DNA of 64,000 nucleotides, from NCBI GenBank assembly GCA_050084515.1, contig CM114271.1, positions 39,370,001 through 39,434,000 on the forward strand. The letters are read 5' to 3'. The DNA is from Blasia pusilla (taxonomy: Eukaryota). Positions within the stretch are counted from its first letter, which is position 1. The number at the start of each line of letters is the position of its first letter. Positions 25,201 through 39,060 of the stretch are shown here, piece after piece. A program made the position numbers and the translations under genes. Below the pieces are notes generated by a model. That model was not told where the DNA came from and did no database searches. It saw only the letters and a list, made by a program, of their open reading frames with translations.

Positions 25201-26569
25201 AGATGAAAAGGAAGAAGAATTGGAACATTCCTAAGCACGCTCCTAAATTTTTTGAAATCTAGAAGTAATTTTAGGATGAAAAGTACAGATAGGAGGGAGG
25301 CTGCTATGTCATTTAATTGGGATGTTAACTTCACTCCATAGTATTCATTACGTATAGTATGTGGTGTGAGTGCATAACTAAAAGTTTCTGTCAACACCAT
25401 CTTCACTTCAAATCCAACCCCAAACTATGGATAAAATCACTACAACCTTTAGGATGGTATTGGTATTTTTTGTAGAAGATTTTTTATATGCCACACAAAA
25501 AAATTCACATGTACTGGATAAGATAGCGCGATGTGCGAATTTATATTACATCCCCTGATTAAATCTCACAATTCTCAAATGTTATTTAAATCAATTTTGT
25601 ATAATCTTGTTGGCTCATAAAATGAATGATCCCATTGGCTAAAAGTACCAAGAAAAATGAAAACACTCTCCAAATCTATATCATTATTGAAAAATGTTTT
25701 TTTATTTGTAAACACTTCTTTGCTTGACATATCATAATAGAATAAAATTTTTTTATTTAAAGATAACAAACTAATGTTTCCACTTCAACGGGCACAAAAA
25801 AAACATTTTTTATGCCCGTCCCATACAAGGGACGGGCATAATAATAATAATATACATAACATCTCAATTTAAAAAAATATTAAACATTTGAGAACTCTTG
25901 AAATTCAAACCAATATTTTTTAATCATTGTAAGATTAAAAACACTTCAAACTAAGAGTCCCCGCCTCCCACTGGCCAAATAGAGTTACCGGTGAACCGGC
26001 TGGTTTCACTCCTAGTGTAGGGGTAATAGCAAGTAGGCGAATATGTCACCGGCTCTTCGGCGTTGACGGAGCAAGGTCAAGAAGCACGAAGTGCGGCGGG
26101 TCGGACATTCGTCTTCCGATAGGTTACCGAGCACAACGTGGGGCGTCTTTATTGGAAGTCATGTTCAGGAACTTTAGGTCTTTTCTAGAATCAAGTTCGA
26201 GTTCCGTCACTACCGTTCGCTTTCTAGGATCGCCTCCCGTGGCAAGAACCAGCCGCTCATTTTCCAAGATCTGAGGATGACCGCCAGGTGCCATCCAGGC
26301 AGCACCGACAGACACAGGTCGCTTTCGCGGGGAATCGGACGGGCGACGCGCTTCCCGGCCCTAGCTGGACGTCATCTGCATGGAAGGCGATTCTCTGCAA
26401 CGCTGTCCAACTCCATCACTTGTCAGCGTGCACGTCTTCCGCAGCCGCCACTCCGCCACGTGGGTGACGGACTCCGACTCCTTCAGTTCGCTATCTTCTC
26501 CCGTCGTCACCCTCGTGAAAGCACGTTCTGGTACCTCGCTCCTGTATGGGTAGTCTCGTACCGCCTCAG

Positions 26570-26779
26570 AGTACTCACCCGCGATCCGCTCGCATATATA
26601 ACCGTAGGCATCTATCTATCTACCCACGCAGCCGAGGAGCGTATAGCCTCGTGAATATCTATCCGGAGGGTAGCCCGGTAATATGCGAACGGATCGCGGG
26701 TGAGAACTCCGGGCTACCCTTCGGATAGATATTCACGAGGCTATAGGCTCCTCGGCTGCGTGGGTAGATGCCTATGGTT
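26570..26779. repeat. Crossed double inverted repeat (A-B-A'-B'); candidate small-RNA hairpin
   Basis: B 26600-26678 pairs with B' 26709-26779; A 26570-26597 is the reverse complement (26/28) of the loop 26681-26708. Confidence 0.9.
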
Positions 26780-29700
26780 TTTTGGGCAGATTGCGTAAGG
26801 AAATCGTGTGATGCATGCGGATTCGCGGAAGGAATAAGATTTTGCTGGAGGACAATTCTTTTAAAAAGAACATTTAGGGCATATTCCTATGGTAACGCAT
26901 CCACAAGTTCTTACATGTACCCGTGTTTCGTAAATAAATAAATAAATATTTTATGTAGAAGTTACTACAAAATATTTTTGTTTCTTATTGTCACTGGTAA
27001 TTTTTAGGAATGGAAAGACTCACCTGTGCAGGATGACGATAGTGTGACATAATAACAATAAGTTTTTTAATAATACATCTAACTTGGCTCAATAAAAAAA
27101 TTTTTTTATTCATCTTCCAATCCCCATCCTTCAATAAGGTAAAAAATATCACTTATTTTGATGAAGTTTTTCTCAAAAGAAGGATTAAAATTTTCTCCCA
27201 ATTTAACTTGAAAAATAAAAATAATACAGAAAAAATTGGTCTTCCATTATTTTGAAGAAGAATTCTTGTCCCAATAGTGTCCTATTATCCTTTTCATTTT
27301 TCCCCAAAAATGAAATTAATTTTTCCTCAAAACTAAAATTTAAATTAAGTCTTGTCATAATTTGTTGGCATGAACCTTGAAAAAATAATTTTAAGTTTCC
27401 AAATGAGAAAAGATAATAAAAGTTAAAGAGACTCTATAAGATTTCATGGGAAAAATTTTGAATTTTAGTTGATTATTAATAATGTATTATTTATTAAAAA
27501 TAAAATAAATCAATCGATAACCTAATAATTAAAACCTTACCCATTCTTCTTTTCTACTTAGTATAGGGTAAAATTAAAAGAAAAAATGTCATGATGTGGC
27601 TTCATGGATAAATATGATAGGTGTCATTCATTCATTGGCCTTCACAATGAGCTTTAATAGTATGATTTGTGTAGGCGTTTGTAAGTCTAAAATAGTCTTT
27701 TATTAATAACATAGATAGATGATAAGTTCTTGTTTCACTTTTCTCATGTTCCTAATTTCTTAAGAACATTATTTTGGTTATGGGGGATCCTTTTTGGTTG
27801 CTCGCATCTTTGAAATCAAGATGCCAAGATGGTGGTAGATCTTTGATTTCTAAATTGGTTTGGTTAGATTTGAGTCCTACTTTGCTACCTCCAAGGATGA
27901 GAGAGAAGTCTCATGGAATGGACTTTCAAACTCAACTAATAGATACCCATGCATCGCATAGGTTAACTAATGGGCTACCTAATGAAGGGTAATTTGAATT
28001 ACCTATCATTACCTTGATCCTGTACTTGAATGACCCCAAAGTCGACCCTAAAAGTTGACTAACCTCGAAATTTGACCCTATGCCCCAAAATTGACCCCAA
28101 ATTAAGGACACGTGTCAAGACATGAGTGGTTGAAATTGCTAGATGTCAATAGGATAAGTGCTTAAAAATAGAAGGGGTTCTCTCCAATAATAATATAGAT
28201 TGCCCCTACTCATTGGAACATAATCAAACCCATCCCTCCTCCCAACCCCTCAAAATAATTTTGTTCTCTCACATATTTGTGTCTTATTAGATTCATATCA
28301 TAATCATATTTTTATTTAAAGAAGTCATTTGAGGTCTTGGGATTCCATCACACAAAAGCCCTATGGCTCTGTATGTACAATTTCCCTCTATAAAAATCTA
28401 TCAATCATCGTCTCTTTCTAGTCATCAATAATCTTATGTACAATCAAAATTGCATTTTGGAAGAGAATATCACCTTGCGTAGATCATGTGATATTAGAGT
28501 TAATCAGGTTTTTACATATACTCAATAAAATTTCTATATTTTTCAATATTTTAAATCAGAATGATCAATTTAAGATTATAATTTTAATTATCATAATTTT
28601 AATTTCACTTAATTTAGAAGAAAAAATCTTAAAAATTAATTTTATATTGTATAAATATGGTGAGTGATAATTTTATAGTCTAAAACTTTGATGGGAAAAT
28701 TGCTAGAATATAGACTCTTTAACATAGGAATGTGGAATCCAAATACCATTGGTTCGACGCATCAAAATACTTTATTTTTTTGTGATATATGCAATTGGAT
28801 ATATCACAAATCTTCTTGTACTTTGGATTGCCTAGATAATGGATGTCTTCTATATATACCACATTGAGATTGCTTCTTGGAAGCCATGCTATGGCAAGAT
28901 ATAATCAATGTCATAAATATTTTGGTGTGTATTACCTTACATGGCGAGATTGTTGGAAAATCCATGAAGTTAATAGAAGTAGTTATTCTAGGATTACAAC
29001 CATACCTTTTCTTCTGAAAAATATTGATCGCAATAGAATTAAACTTGATTGGGCATTCGGCTTGCTAGATGTACTTTTATAGCCGTTATTTTTTGCAATC
29101 TCCTTATTCCTTGCTATATTCACATTTTCAATCATAAAGTACTTAAGTGATTGATGGATTTTGATAAACTTATCATATGGGACTTTATTGCTACAAGAGC
29201 ATATTTTCTATTGATCATCAACACATACGAGTAAACTAGGATGCCAATGGTTTGAATCCTAGCCTATACTCAATTTAGTGAGACATGAAATTTTTTTATG
29301 GTACGGTAAAAGCAATGGGGAATTGGTGTCTTTATAATATTCATGTTCATATTTGGGTTTGTTGGCTATGGAGGGCTATGGTGCATTTAATTCAAGTGAA
29401 AGTTCAGATGTAAAGTTCCTAGATCTGAAAAGAATGAAGAGGTTCAATAGCTAAGATATCCATGATGATGTGGTAGTCTTGGAGTATCATAGCAAGCAAA
29501 ATGGGTTGCAAATATGAATCTAGTATGATTCACTCCCTCAATAGTGGATCGTAGTGTAAGCCATGATGTTTTTATGGAAGGGGACATATATTTTATAAGT
29601 GTGAGAGAATGATAGAGTGAAAGTGGTTCCTCAATTCTCATAGAGGGCATGTATAATACAAAACACCTTTAATGAGTTCAATCATTTTGGAGCGAAATGG

Positions 29701-30884
29701 ACGTAGAACTTGCTTTATATATATTACATACTATTGTGCAGCTTGTGCATGGCACGGGAGTGTAGAGACTAATCGAGTTGCACACAATTTTTCTCTTTCT
29801 ACCCGTAGATTGAATTTTTTGTTGTTGTTGCCCGTAGAGTAGGAAATAGTTTCTTGCTGCCGGATTGCCACATGTCAAGTAGAGAGGTGTTTGCAAATCA
29901 AGAAGGCACTCTCCAAGACAAATATAGATTATGTGGTTCGGAACTTATTCACCATTATACTATGTAACAAGATTATCCTTATTGAGAGGCATATAATTTT
30001 ATGAAGAGAGTTTTGTAGACAATGAACAGAGGTTTTCTCAAGATTGTACTATAGACAAACCATCTTGGAGACTGTGATGACATTTAACTACCATATTGTG
30101 CTAATTTCCAAATTCAATCTATTTCTTGTTTAAGACATAGTTTTTTTGCTAACAACATCGAGTTAACCCTCGATTATTCCAATTCAACCAACAACAAGCA
30201 CTCTCTTGTTGCACCTTTAAGTAAAAACTTTAAGGTCTTAACCTATAAAAAGTTATACTTTCTTGTGCGATCTTCTCTCTAGAGTTATCGAATGCCTATC
30301 AAAACACTCTCTCAAGTGATAATAATATCTATACCAAGCGAGTAAACTAGTTTTTTCGTCAACAAGAAAAATAAGATATACTACCAATCTTGCCCCTTCT
30401 ATGATGTCTTCTTGCTATTCGAATTCAATCTTTTCTTTTAATTTGGTCTTTTAAAAACTAAAAAAAATTGAGACCATACACGAGGACAAAAATCCTCTCA
30501 AAGCAACTACTTATAATCAACATACTTACGCATCTCTAATCAAATCAAGATTTGCACCTCCAAATGCATAGCATAACAAAATAAAATTTACTTCCTCGTT
30601 AAGAGTTCAAGAGGTTGTTGAATGTACATACAACTCCTCCTAGCTATGGCCGCGTCATTGTGAAAAATTAATTTTCCAAGATCGAGTCAAATAAGTTTCC
30701 TAAACTACTATAAAGTCCTACTTTATGATACTACTCCTAAGCTTCAGAGTCTGCTTTTGCAAAGATCTGATTTTTCCCATTTTACCTAAGCTACTCTAAA
30801 TATTTGTATATTTTAACTAGTTAAATAAATGGTCTTGAGAGCGTCAACCTCTATGATCTCTAGCCATATGGAACTAAGCTACCT

Positions 30885-31920
30885 TATCAAGTCTTTAGGA
30901 TAGATTTATGAGTTTATAGTAGAGCGCCTTTGAGAATATTGCAGGACATCCAATATTCTCAAAGGCTTCAAGATGACCTCTTGAGGCTTGAGGTAACCGG
31001 AGAGAGCAAGTTTCCCCTTCGTTTCGGCTCATTTGGAGCTATATAGAGAAATTTACTATTTCGGGTAAATAACGGTTATAAGTAGAGTTTACTTTCCAAT
31101 TTTGAAATTAGCCTTTGATCCCCTACAACAGGTCAAGAGCCAAGGAGGTGACCTTTGAGCATAGGTTACCATGGAGAGATCCAATGAGAGGGAAGGGGAT
31201 ATACTTAAGGAGAAAGAGCTTTGGAGCTCATTTTCTCTTTGTTGAACCTCTTGGCATGAGGTGGTGGAGCTATGGTCTTCCTTGCCTTGTGAGTAACTCA
31301 AGCCTCTCATTAGGAGAGTAGGTTTGGTTTGACATGAGAAAGAGACATGGATTTGTGTGCTCATTTTGAAAGATTCTGATTTCAAAAGAGAGAATGAGAG
31401 ATTGAGAGCTCTACAATGTGATTGCTCGTTGGTATCTCACTTTTTTTGCAGGTTGGAGATCATGCTCCTTGTTTAGTGGCTCATGGGAATGTTCACAAGA
31501 GCAAGAGCCGTCCATTTGAGTGTTTTGTCAGACAAATTTTTGTATAGTTGCGAGCAAAAGTGCTGCCCAATTTTTGATGGAAATTGAGTATGGGGGCAAG
31601 GTTCTCTATACTGGTGCTCGTACAAGAACTCTTTAGCTTGCTGGATTTATGTTGCACAAGTTTATGATTTTATATGGAAGAAATTAGCACGAAAGCGCTA
31701 CCAAACTTTTCGTAGGAGTTTAGGGCACGGGCTGCACGACAGTCACTACCAATTTCAAATGGAAGATCACATAAAGAAGTTGATTTGATAATGGTATAGA
31801 TCAAGAAGTCACGCATATTTTCAAAGAAACGGTGTGAAATTTCAATATTGCAGCTCAAAGTTGTGGTCATCCTTGTGGGGCTGCCATAACCAACACATGA
31901 AGGTAGAAATTTTGAAATCT
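30885..31920 (+). repeat. LTR-like family copy (diverged)
   Basis: Starts TATCAAGTCTTTAGGATAG; colinear with the reverse complement of 400-1375. Confidence 0.75.
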
Positions 31921-32013
31921 TGTAACAGTAAGTGCTAAAGAGCGGGATCGGATTCTACAATAAGCCATATGGTTTCAATAGGAGGTTATGCATGCTTTAC
32001 GAGTTTGAAAGGA

Positions 32014-33518
32014 TATCACGTCTTTTAGGATAGATCGGTGAGATCTAGTAGAGCGCCTTCGTGAGTAGTGGAGGACAAGCTCAGTAGGTCGAGGATGACG
32101 TGCTGAGGCCTCGGGAAACCTGAGAGAGCAGGTTTCCCCTTCCTTTCGGCTCATTTGGAGCCATATTGAGGAACTTACTATTTTAGGTAAATACCATTTT
32201 GAGTATATGATTGACTTTCTATTTTTGGTAAGTGTCCCTTGACCTCCTACATCAGGTCAAGAGCCAAGGAGGTGACTTGGGAGCATAGGTTAACATGGAG
32301 AGAGCTTGGGTGAGGGGAGGGGTACACCTCAAGGAGAGAGAGCTTGAGAGCTCATTCTCTTTTTGTTGAACCTCTTGGTATAAGGCGGCGGAGCTATGGT
32401 CGCTTGCCTTGTGAGTGTAATCCAAGGCTCTCATTAGGAGAGTGGGTTTGGTTTGACATGAGAGAGAGTGCACACCTTTGAGAGCTATGATGTGAGATGG
32501 TGTAGAGAGAGATTGGATCTTACTTTATTGGAGATATTTTAGTACTTCTTGTCTCGTTTGGATGCCACGAGTTAGCATCGGATCGTGCGTGTTTGTGTGT
32601 GTGTTCGATGACAACGATATATATTGTGTAGCGATGTGTATGCGTACGAGAAGGATGGTAGAGTACACGTAGTGCCTCATCCCTTGGTGAGAGTACGCTT
32701 AATGCAACATGACTACGATGATTTGGATCACTTTGGAGTGAGGCACACTTACAACTTGCTCCAGATAGAGTCTTGATGGTGAGGAATGCAGATTGACGTT
32801 CAACACTTTGTTCCTTGATGCATGATTGTGATTGAGCTCGGGCATCATTCAATGCTCTGACTCCATAGTTGACTCCAATGTCAATCCTTGTGCCGATCAT
32901 GAGTCTAGATTGTAGATGAAGTTTGGATTTTGCGGGACCTTTATCTTTGATGGAGTGCCATAATAATTATGTGTTGGTGATGGTTGAGCACTTCTGATAG
33001 AGGATAGAGTTGGTTGCTTTTCCTAACAAAGCGAGTGAGGGATTAACACATGCCTTCCTAGATGTGTTGTATCTTGTGTGGCGGAGTTTTACGTTGTATG
33101 TTGTCTTGGTCTGCCCGTGGTGTAGCCACTATGCTAGTTTGTGATGGATGTTCGAGAGGGTGGCATATGGTATGTTTGATGCCACCTCTCACTAGGGTTC
33201 TTCGGGGATGATGGATGTGCCCTAAATGTATCTAGAGAGAAAAACTATTTAAAGTAAATTAATGTTATAAGTAGAGTTGAATTTCCAATTTGATAAGTGG
33301 CTCTTGATCCCCTAAAGCAAATCAAGAGCCAAGGAAGTGACCTACGAGTATGGGTTACCATGGAGAGAGCTTGGAAGAGAGGAGGGGATATATCCAAGGA
33401 AAGAGAGCTTTTGAGCTCATTCTCTCTTTGTTGAACCTTTTGGCATGAGGCGACAGAGCTATGGTCCTCCTTGCCTTGTGAGTAACCCAAGCCTCTCATT
33501 AGGAAAGTGGGTTTAGTT

Positions 33519-33567
<49 letters not shown>

Positions 33568-33690
33568 TGATTTAATTGGAGATATTTTGGTACTCGATGT
33601 TTAGATGCCATGAGTTAGTATGGTATCTTGTGTGTTTGTGTGATTATTCGATGACAACGATGTATGTTGTATAGCGATGTGTATGCAGAT
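32014..33690 (+). repeat. Two further LTR-like family copies (from 32014, and 33245-33690 with a (GA)n expansion at 33521-33564)
   Basis: 32014 starts TATCACGTCTTTTAGGATAGATCGG; about 32190-32645 is repeated at about 33245-33690. Confidence 0.75.
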
Positions 33691-35092
33691 GATAACCTCC
33701 ATGGTTATATATCTCTAATATCCATGACGACAAAAAAAATGAAAAATGAGTCTCTAAGACACACACAGACGTACAAGTCTAGATATGTCCACGAATATGG
33801 ATTGTAAGAGGTGGGGCCCATATTTATAGTTCATGATGGAAGGCAAGACAAGGGCGAGTAGAGCAATAAGGGGGGAGGAAATGGAGGTGGAGGGTGGAAG
33901 AAACATGAAAGTATGGAACACAAAAGCAAGTGGGGGAAGAGGAAGGTGGAACCCATAGGACAAGTCCCTCCATAGGACGAATCTAAGTCTATGGACATGG
34001 ACATGTCTGTGGATACGGACTTTGTCTACATGCAAGCCTGCTAATATCTCCGCCGGTATGTGCCTCAAGCTACCTTTATCCGCTTCCCTAAGTAATGATT
34101 GTCTTGATGAAAAAGCATTAAGATAAAATAATGGGATAATTAGATAATACAATAACAAACTGGCAATTTTATCTCTTAATTCACACTTCATATTTTGGGA
34201 AGGAAAATGAATTTGAATAGAAGAAGGAAGTGATTTCATTAATTAAGATAAACTAATAATTCATTTGATTAGTGTGTGTTATTTTGGTAAGAGGAGAAGT
34301 AAATATTATTTAAAATTTAATGGAAAGATGAAATTATTTATGAGAATGGGGGTATTATTTAGAGTTTAATTGAAAATTATTCAATTAAAAGAATGGAATG
34401 TTCTTAGATCCCTTAAGATCTCAGAAAATAAATATTATATTTAAATTTTGAAATGGAAAAACATGATTATTTAAAATATTACCGACTCGCGTCTTATTAC
34501 CTTCACAATTACATGGCAACGACCGGGAACAGCAGGTTTAGAAGAGAATGGGGCTGGGTCCACACGCCTCACAGAACGATAGCGGACAACGCTCAGGAAG
34601 ATTCAAATTAAAGAAAGAGCCGTCAGTCCGTCGGCGTCTTTAACGAATTTCGATTTTTCATTTAACAATTAGAGGGGGTGCCAGGTGGAGAGGGAGGGGC
34701 TCCCTCGCGGCGTATCTTCTCGGCGGATGATGCCGCTCTTTATCGGCGCGTTGGCCTGAAACGTGGCGCGCTCGCTCGTCACGAAGGAAGAAGGCGGGTA
34801 GCGAAGTATAAAGAGCACAGAGCGGAGTACGCACAGGAGCGGACGCTGAGAGCTATTGCCAGTTTCGCCACGCTCGCAGCCCTTCCCTTCTGTTCCGGTG
34901 AGAGCGTCGGAGCGTTCGAGAGGAAGTCTCTTCTTCGAAGCTCTTCTGGTCGCTTCGCCGCCCGCGACTCGGTCTGTGTGTTGGAAGCCTCGACGCGAAG
35001 CGAGAGATCACAACGCACTTGTTTATTGATCGGGATTCCATCGCCGAATCGCACTGCGAGACTGCGAGACTCCCAGACGGGCGGATACACAG

Positions 35093-35096
<4 letters not shown>

Positions 35097-35128
<32 letters not shown>
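35097..35128 (+). repeat. (GA)n microsatellite in the putative TMEM53 leader
   Basis: Direct reading. Confidence 0.95.
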
Positions 35129-35131
<3 letters not shown>

Positions 35132-35745
35132 GTCTGACCTCGAAGATATGCGGAGCCTGCCATCGGCGTCGGGGCGCCGGTGGTTGGTATGCTGCTGAGG
35201 AAATTCCTTAGGTCAGTGAGCGAGGGATTGCGCTGGGAACTGGTGGTGTGGGAGTTGGCGGAATATACTTCGAGGGAGGCGGGGATGGTTCAGGGAGTCG
35301 TGTTTGCGGGTGATATTGCATAGGAGAGGGAGCGGCGACGGGATGCTAAAAGGAGGGTGATAGGATTGGATTGATCGTCCGCAGGTAGGCGTGCTCTGCC
35401 GGTGTTCTTTGGCGTCTGAATTGGTGGTGAAAGAGGAGAACGGGGAACGCTTGGACTTCTCTGCGGGAGTTCCCTTCATGTGCGTGCCTTCATTGACAAG
35501 ATTCACCTATTCTTCACATCCGACCGAGAGGTCACCTGCCGTTGCGAGCTTGCGTTTGCGGAGCCTGTGTAAGTGGGTATGCACATGAAACTGTTCCAGA
35601 CTTCGAGACGCGTGCTGCTTACATATCGGCGATTGTGAATTTCATTTATCGGTTCTTCAAGTTTCATTCCAAATCACCGGATCACCTTCCTGCGTCAAAA
35701 CGACCAGCGTAAAATATTTGAAGCGAGACGTCTTTTAGGTCCAAT

Positions 35746-37353
35746 ATGGTGGGATCATCCGTTGCGAGGCTACCGGGAGTTATGGCCGCGGCCGCGGCGC
35801 TTGCTACCGCCGCCACGACAGCAGACTTCCCTCAAATGCTGAATTCGAAAGGATCTACCATGCTGTTTTACTCTGCCCATTCTACCGTCATTTCTGCTAC
35901 CTCGTCGACTTTCGCGACGCCCTCAGACATGTCCTATCCTTCTCTACCTCTAGCTCAAGGAGCTGGTTCGATCATCAAGCCACCATCAGTTTTTCATCCT
36001 AGTCACAAGGTCCTCTCGCATTTGCTTCCACTCAGTTTGTCCTCAAGTGTAACCTCATCGGCCCATGTGTTCTGTACTCAGTTGAATGGATCTGCTAGTC
36101 TGAGCAACTCCTCTACCCTTCGACCTTGTCTAGCCTGCCCTCCCTACTTATACCGATCACCACGAGACCATCTGCACCGGTTCTTCCAGAGCCAAGCTAT
36201 AAATTCCTTGCCTTTTTCCTCCTCCATTGCATCTTCAGCGCAGCACTTACCAACCTCCTTGTCATCCAATCAGAGTTCTCCATACATTTTTTGTCGGTCA
36301 TCCTCAATGCCCGATTCCGATCTTTCCTCACATCTGGCAACTTTTTTCTCCGCTTTCGCTTCTCCAGCGTCTCCTGCGCATCCAACCGCAAGCTCGTGGA
36401 ATTCTATGCACACCTGGCACACGCCCAAGCCCGGGTTTTCTGACCCTCGAGAGGTGAAGGGAGGGAGCGGAACGTCTCCCACCGACAAGCCAGCGCTGAC
36501 AGTCGTTCTTTTGGGATGGCTAGGCTCTCAGCAAAAGCATTTGAGGAAGTATGCTGAATGGTACAATGCACGTGGAATTCACGCAGTGACATTCACCGTG
36601 CCTATGGCTGACCTCCTCAGTATAACACTGGGTGGTAAGGCAGAGGCTCATGTTGATGAACTGACTGATCGACTTGCTATGTGGCTGGAGGAGGATTGCA
36701 AAGTAAACAGGAGTGTAGAGAAGCATTTGATATTCCATACTTTCAGCAATACTGGATGGCTCACTTACGGTGTCGTTCTCGAAAAGTTACTGGCAGGGCG
36801 GAAAGATTTAGTAGAGAAAATCAAGGGTTGTGTAGTAGATTCCGCACCTTCTCCAGAACCCGATCCTCAAGTTTGGGCTTCGGGATTCTCCGCAGCCTTA
36901 TTGAAGAAGAGGAGTATCGCGGCCAAAGGGCTTGTCCAAGATTTGGCAAGCCCCGATGCGACCGAATTAGTTCATGAGAAAGTGCAGCCTCATGTTGCCG
37001 AAGCAGCTTTGCTGGCCATGTTAGAGAAGTTCTTCACATTTTTTTTACAGATCCCGGCCATCAACCAGCGGTTGGCGCAGGTGGTGAACGTGTTGTCCAA
37101 GCAACAACCGCCTTGTCCGCAGCTTTACATTTACAGCACTGCTGACAAGGTGATTCCGGCGAAACAAGTAGAGTCTTTCATAGAAAAGCAGAGGCAAACA
37201 GGGCGCGTTGTTAGGGCTTGCAACCTTCATTCTTCTCCACATGTAGATCACTTTAGGAGTTTTCCTGAAATTTATGGCAAGCAGGTCAGCAATTTCCTCG
37301 AGGAGTGTTCACCTAAATCGTCACGCGACAGAATGGAAGGCGCTTGTCCATGA
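35746..37353 (+). CDS. TMEM53: TMEM53/DUF829 family alpha/beta-hydrolase-like protein (535 aa) with a Ser-rich N-terminal extension
   Basis: Motifs VVLLGWLG..KHL.KY..WY, FHTFSNTG, VVDSAP, QLYIYSTAD.VIP, SPHVDH. A candidate 5'-UTR intron acceptor (TTTTAG, 35738) lies just before the ATG. Confidence 0.92.
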   Translation: MVGSSVARLPGVMAAAAALATAATTADFPQMLNSKGSTMLFYSAHSTVISATSSTFATPSDMSYPSLPLAQGAGSIIKPPSVFHPSHKVLSHLLPLSLSSSVTSSAHVFCTQLNGSASLSNSSTLRPCLACPPYLYRSPRDHLHRFFQSQAINSLPFSSSIASSAQHLPTSLSSNQSSPYIFCRSSSMPDSDLSSHLATFFSAFASPASPAHPTASSWNSMHTWHTPKPGFSDPREVKGGSGTSPTDKPALTVVLLGWLGSQQKHLRKYAEWYNARGIHAVTFTVPMADLLSITLGGKAEAHVDELTDRLAMWLEEDCKVNRSVEKHLIFHTFSNTGWLTYGVVLEKLLAGRKDLVEKIKGCVVDSAPSPEPDPQVWASGFSAALLKKRSIAAKGLVQDLASPDATELVHEKVQPHVAEAALLAMLEKFFTFFLQIPAINQRLAQVVNVLSKQQPPCPQLYIYSTADKVIPAKQVESFIEKQRQTGRVVRACNLHSSPHVDHFRSFPEIYGKQVSNFLEECSPKSSRDRMEGACP

Positions 37354-39060
37354 AGGTTTAGGGGTGAGGTGGCGGAATGCCACCCAAGTGCAACGACATT
37401 GAGATTCTATGCGCAAATTCCTGGAACGAGTCTCTCCTGCAGCTCTTGAACATATGTTCCAGCCTTCATTCGGAACTCGCCAGAAGACAACAGGTCATTG
37501 GCGATGAGCAGTCCATTTATTATTATCATCTCCCGGGTTTCTGCCAAGCTTGCACCCAACGATGACATCGGAATTCCCTGCCTCTGTAGTAGACCCAGTT
37601 CACATGGAGGAGCCGGAAACGAATTAAAAATGCTCTATATTCTCAGTTCTCGCGAGTGAGATCAATAGCAGTTCAGTCCAAATTTCTTAGTACCTGCAAC
37701 CTTGTACCAATGGCGCAGCAGAGGTGAGTTTGAGCAATCTTCCAGTAACCTTCCTGCCCTGTATCTTATCGTGCGTTCGTGCAGGATAAGATCTGCAATT
37801 AATCAGTCGACCTCTGGATTCATATCTTATTACTTTAGGAACGCAAGGATGTGAAACGATTTGCCTACATTGATAGTGCGTCAGATCTACAATTTCTGAA
37901 GTAGGCTGATGAGCTTTAGAGTCTGGACATTGTGCGAAAGCGGGTATGGGACACCGGCACCAGGTAATGCCTCCAGAAATGATGAAGCGTAGTTGCGGCG
38001 TTTAGATTGTTTCACAAGGAGTATTTCGAGCAACTGATATTTTATCTCCTCCCAATTGCCAAAGGTGCCTAGAATGTGGCCCTCGCATTTTCTCAAACAA
38101 AATTTTTGACATCTGTACAAACTTTCTCCTACGAGGCTAATTGCCTCGATTTATAAAGCCCGCCATGTGGCAGCATCTGCTACTTGTGTATCTTGTGAGG
38201 TTAATTGCCGTGAGACTTTGTTGTGTGCGTCCCTACCATAAAATCGACCGGCCAACAATGCCAATCCGGATTTGGCGACATGTGTCACGATTTGACCGTT
38301 CTGCTAACAAATTTTCAGAGAAGGCGCAGATGCGCAGGCTTCCACCTCTGTGAATGTATTCCCATTTGCTGTGACTAGATTTTATTTCCATAATTAAGTT
38401 ACACGTTTGGGATGGCCGCAGCAGTTGGTAACGTCAGCCACAGATTCATCATCCGGTCCAGAAGAAGGTACAAGGTTCTTTTCGGACTCTGCGGTGGGCA
38501 GGAACTTGCGCAGCTTGACGCTACATGCCCCACAGAGGAGGCTGAAGCAACATCCCACCAATGAAAGATATGAGCTGCGGACTCTTGTGTCCTGGTGGCC
38601 CTGGACGTGTCGGCGACGGTTTCCGCGTATCATTATCCGGTGTCTAGAGAAATTGACGGTGGAAGGGTCTTTGCTGTGCCGCTGCCATCCCGCCTTACAA
38701 TCTGCTTCAAGCGTTTTGTCACGTGGCGTTGGGTGGAGGCTGTTCATCCTGCCACGTTTTGAATAAATACGTGGATTTCCGAGGGTTCCGAGTACTACGC
38801 CGTGACATTGTTCTCTCTTTTCCTTGTGTGCGCAGAGAGCGTCGGGGAATATCACTCGGCGACCACAGTCCAACTGTGGGATCCCCATGATCCCATCGTT
38901 GCAGATACGTCTCTGCCCAACTCTGTTTTGACTCTCCCCGCCGGTTCCTTCTGCCGATGATACAGGTGACAGCCCTCCTCCATGACTTGGGTTTCGGCTC
39001 AAGTTGGACGTCATTGCGGATTCCCCGCAACTGCCTAGAAGACTTAGAACTTGGAATCCG

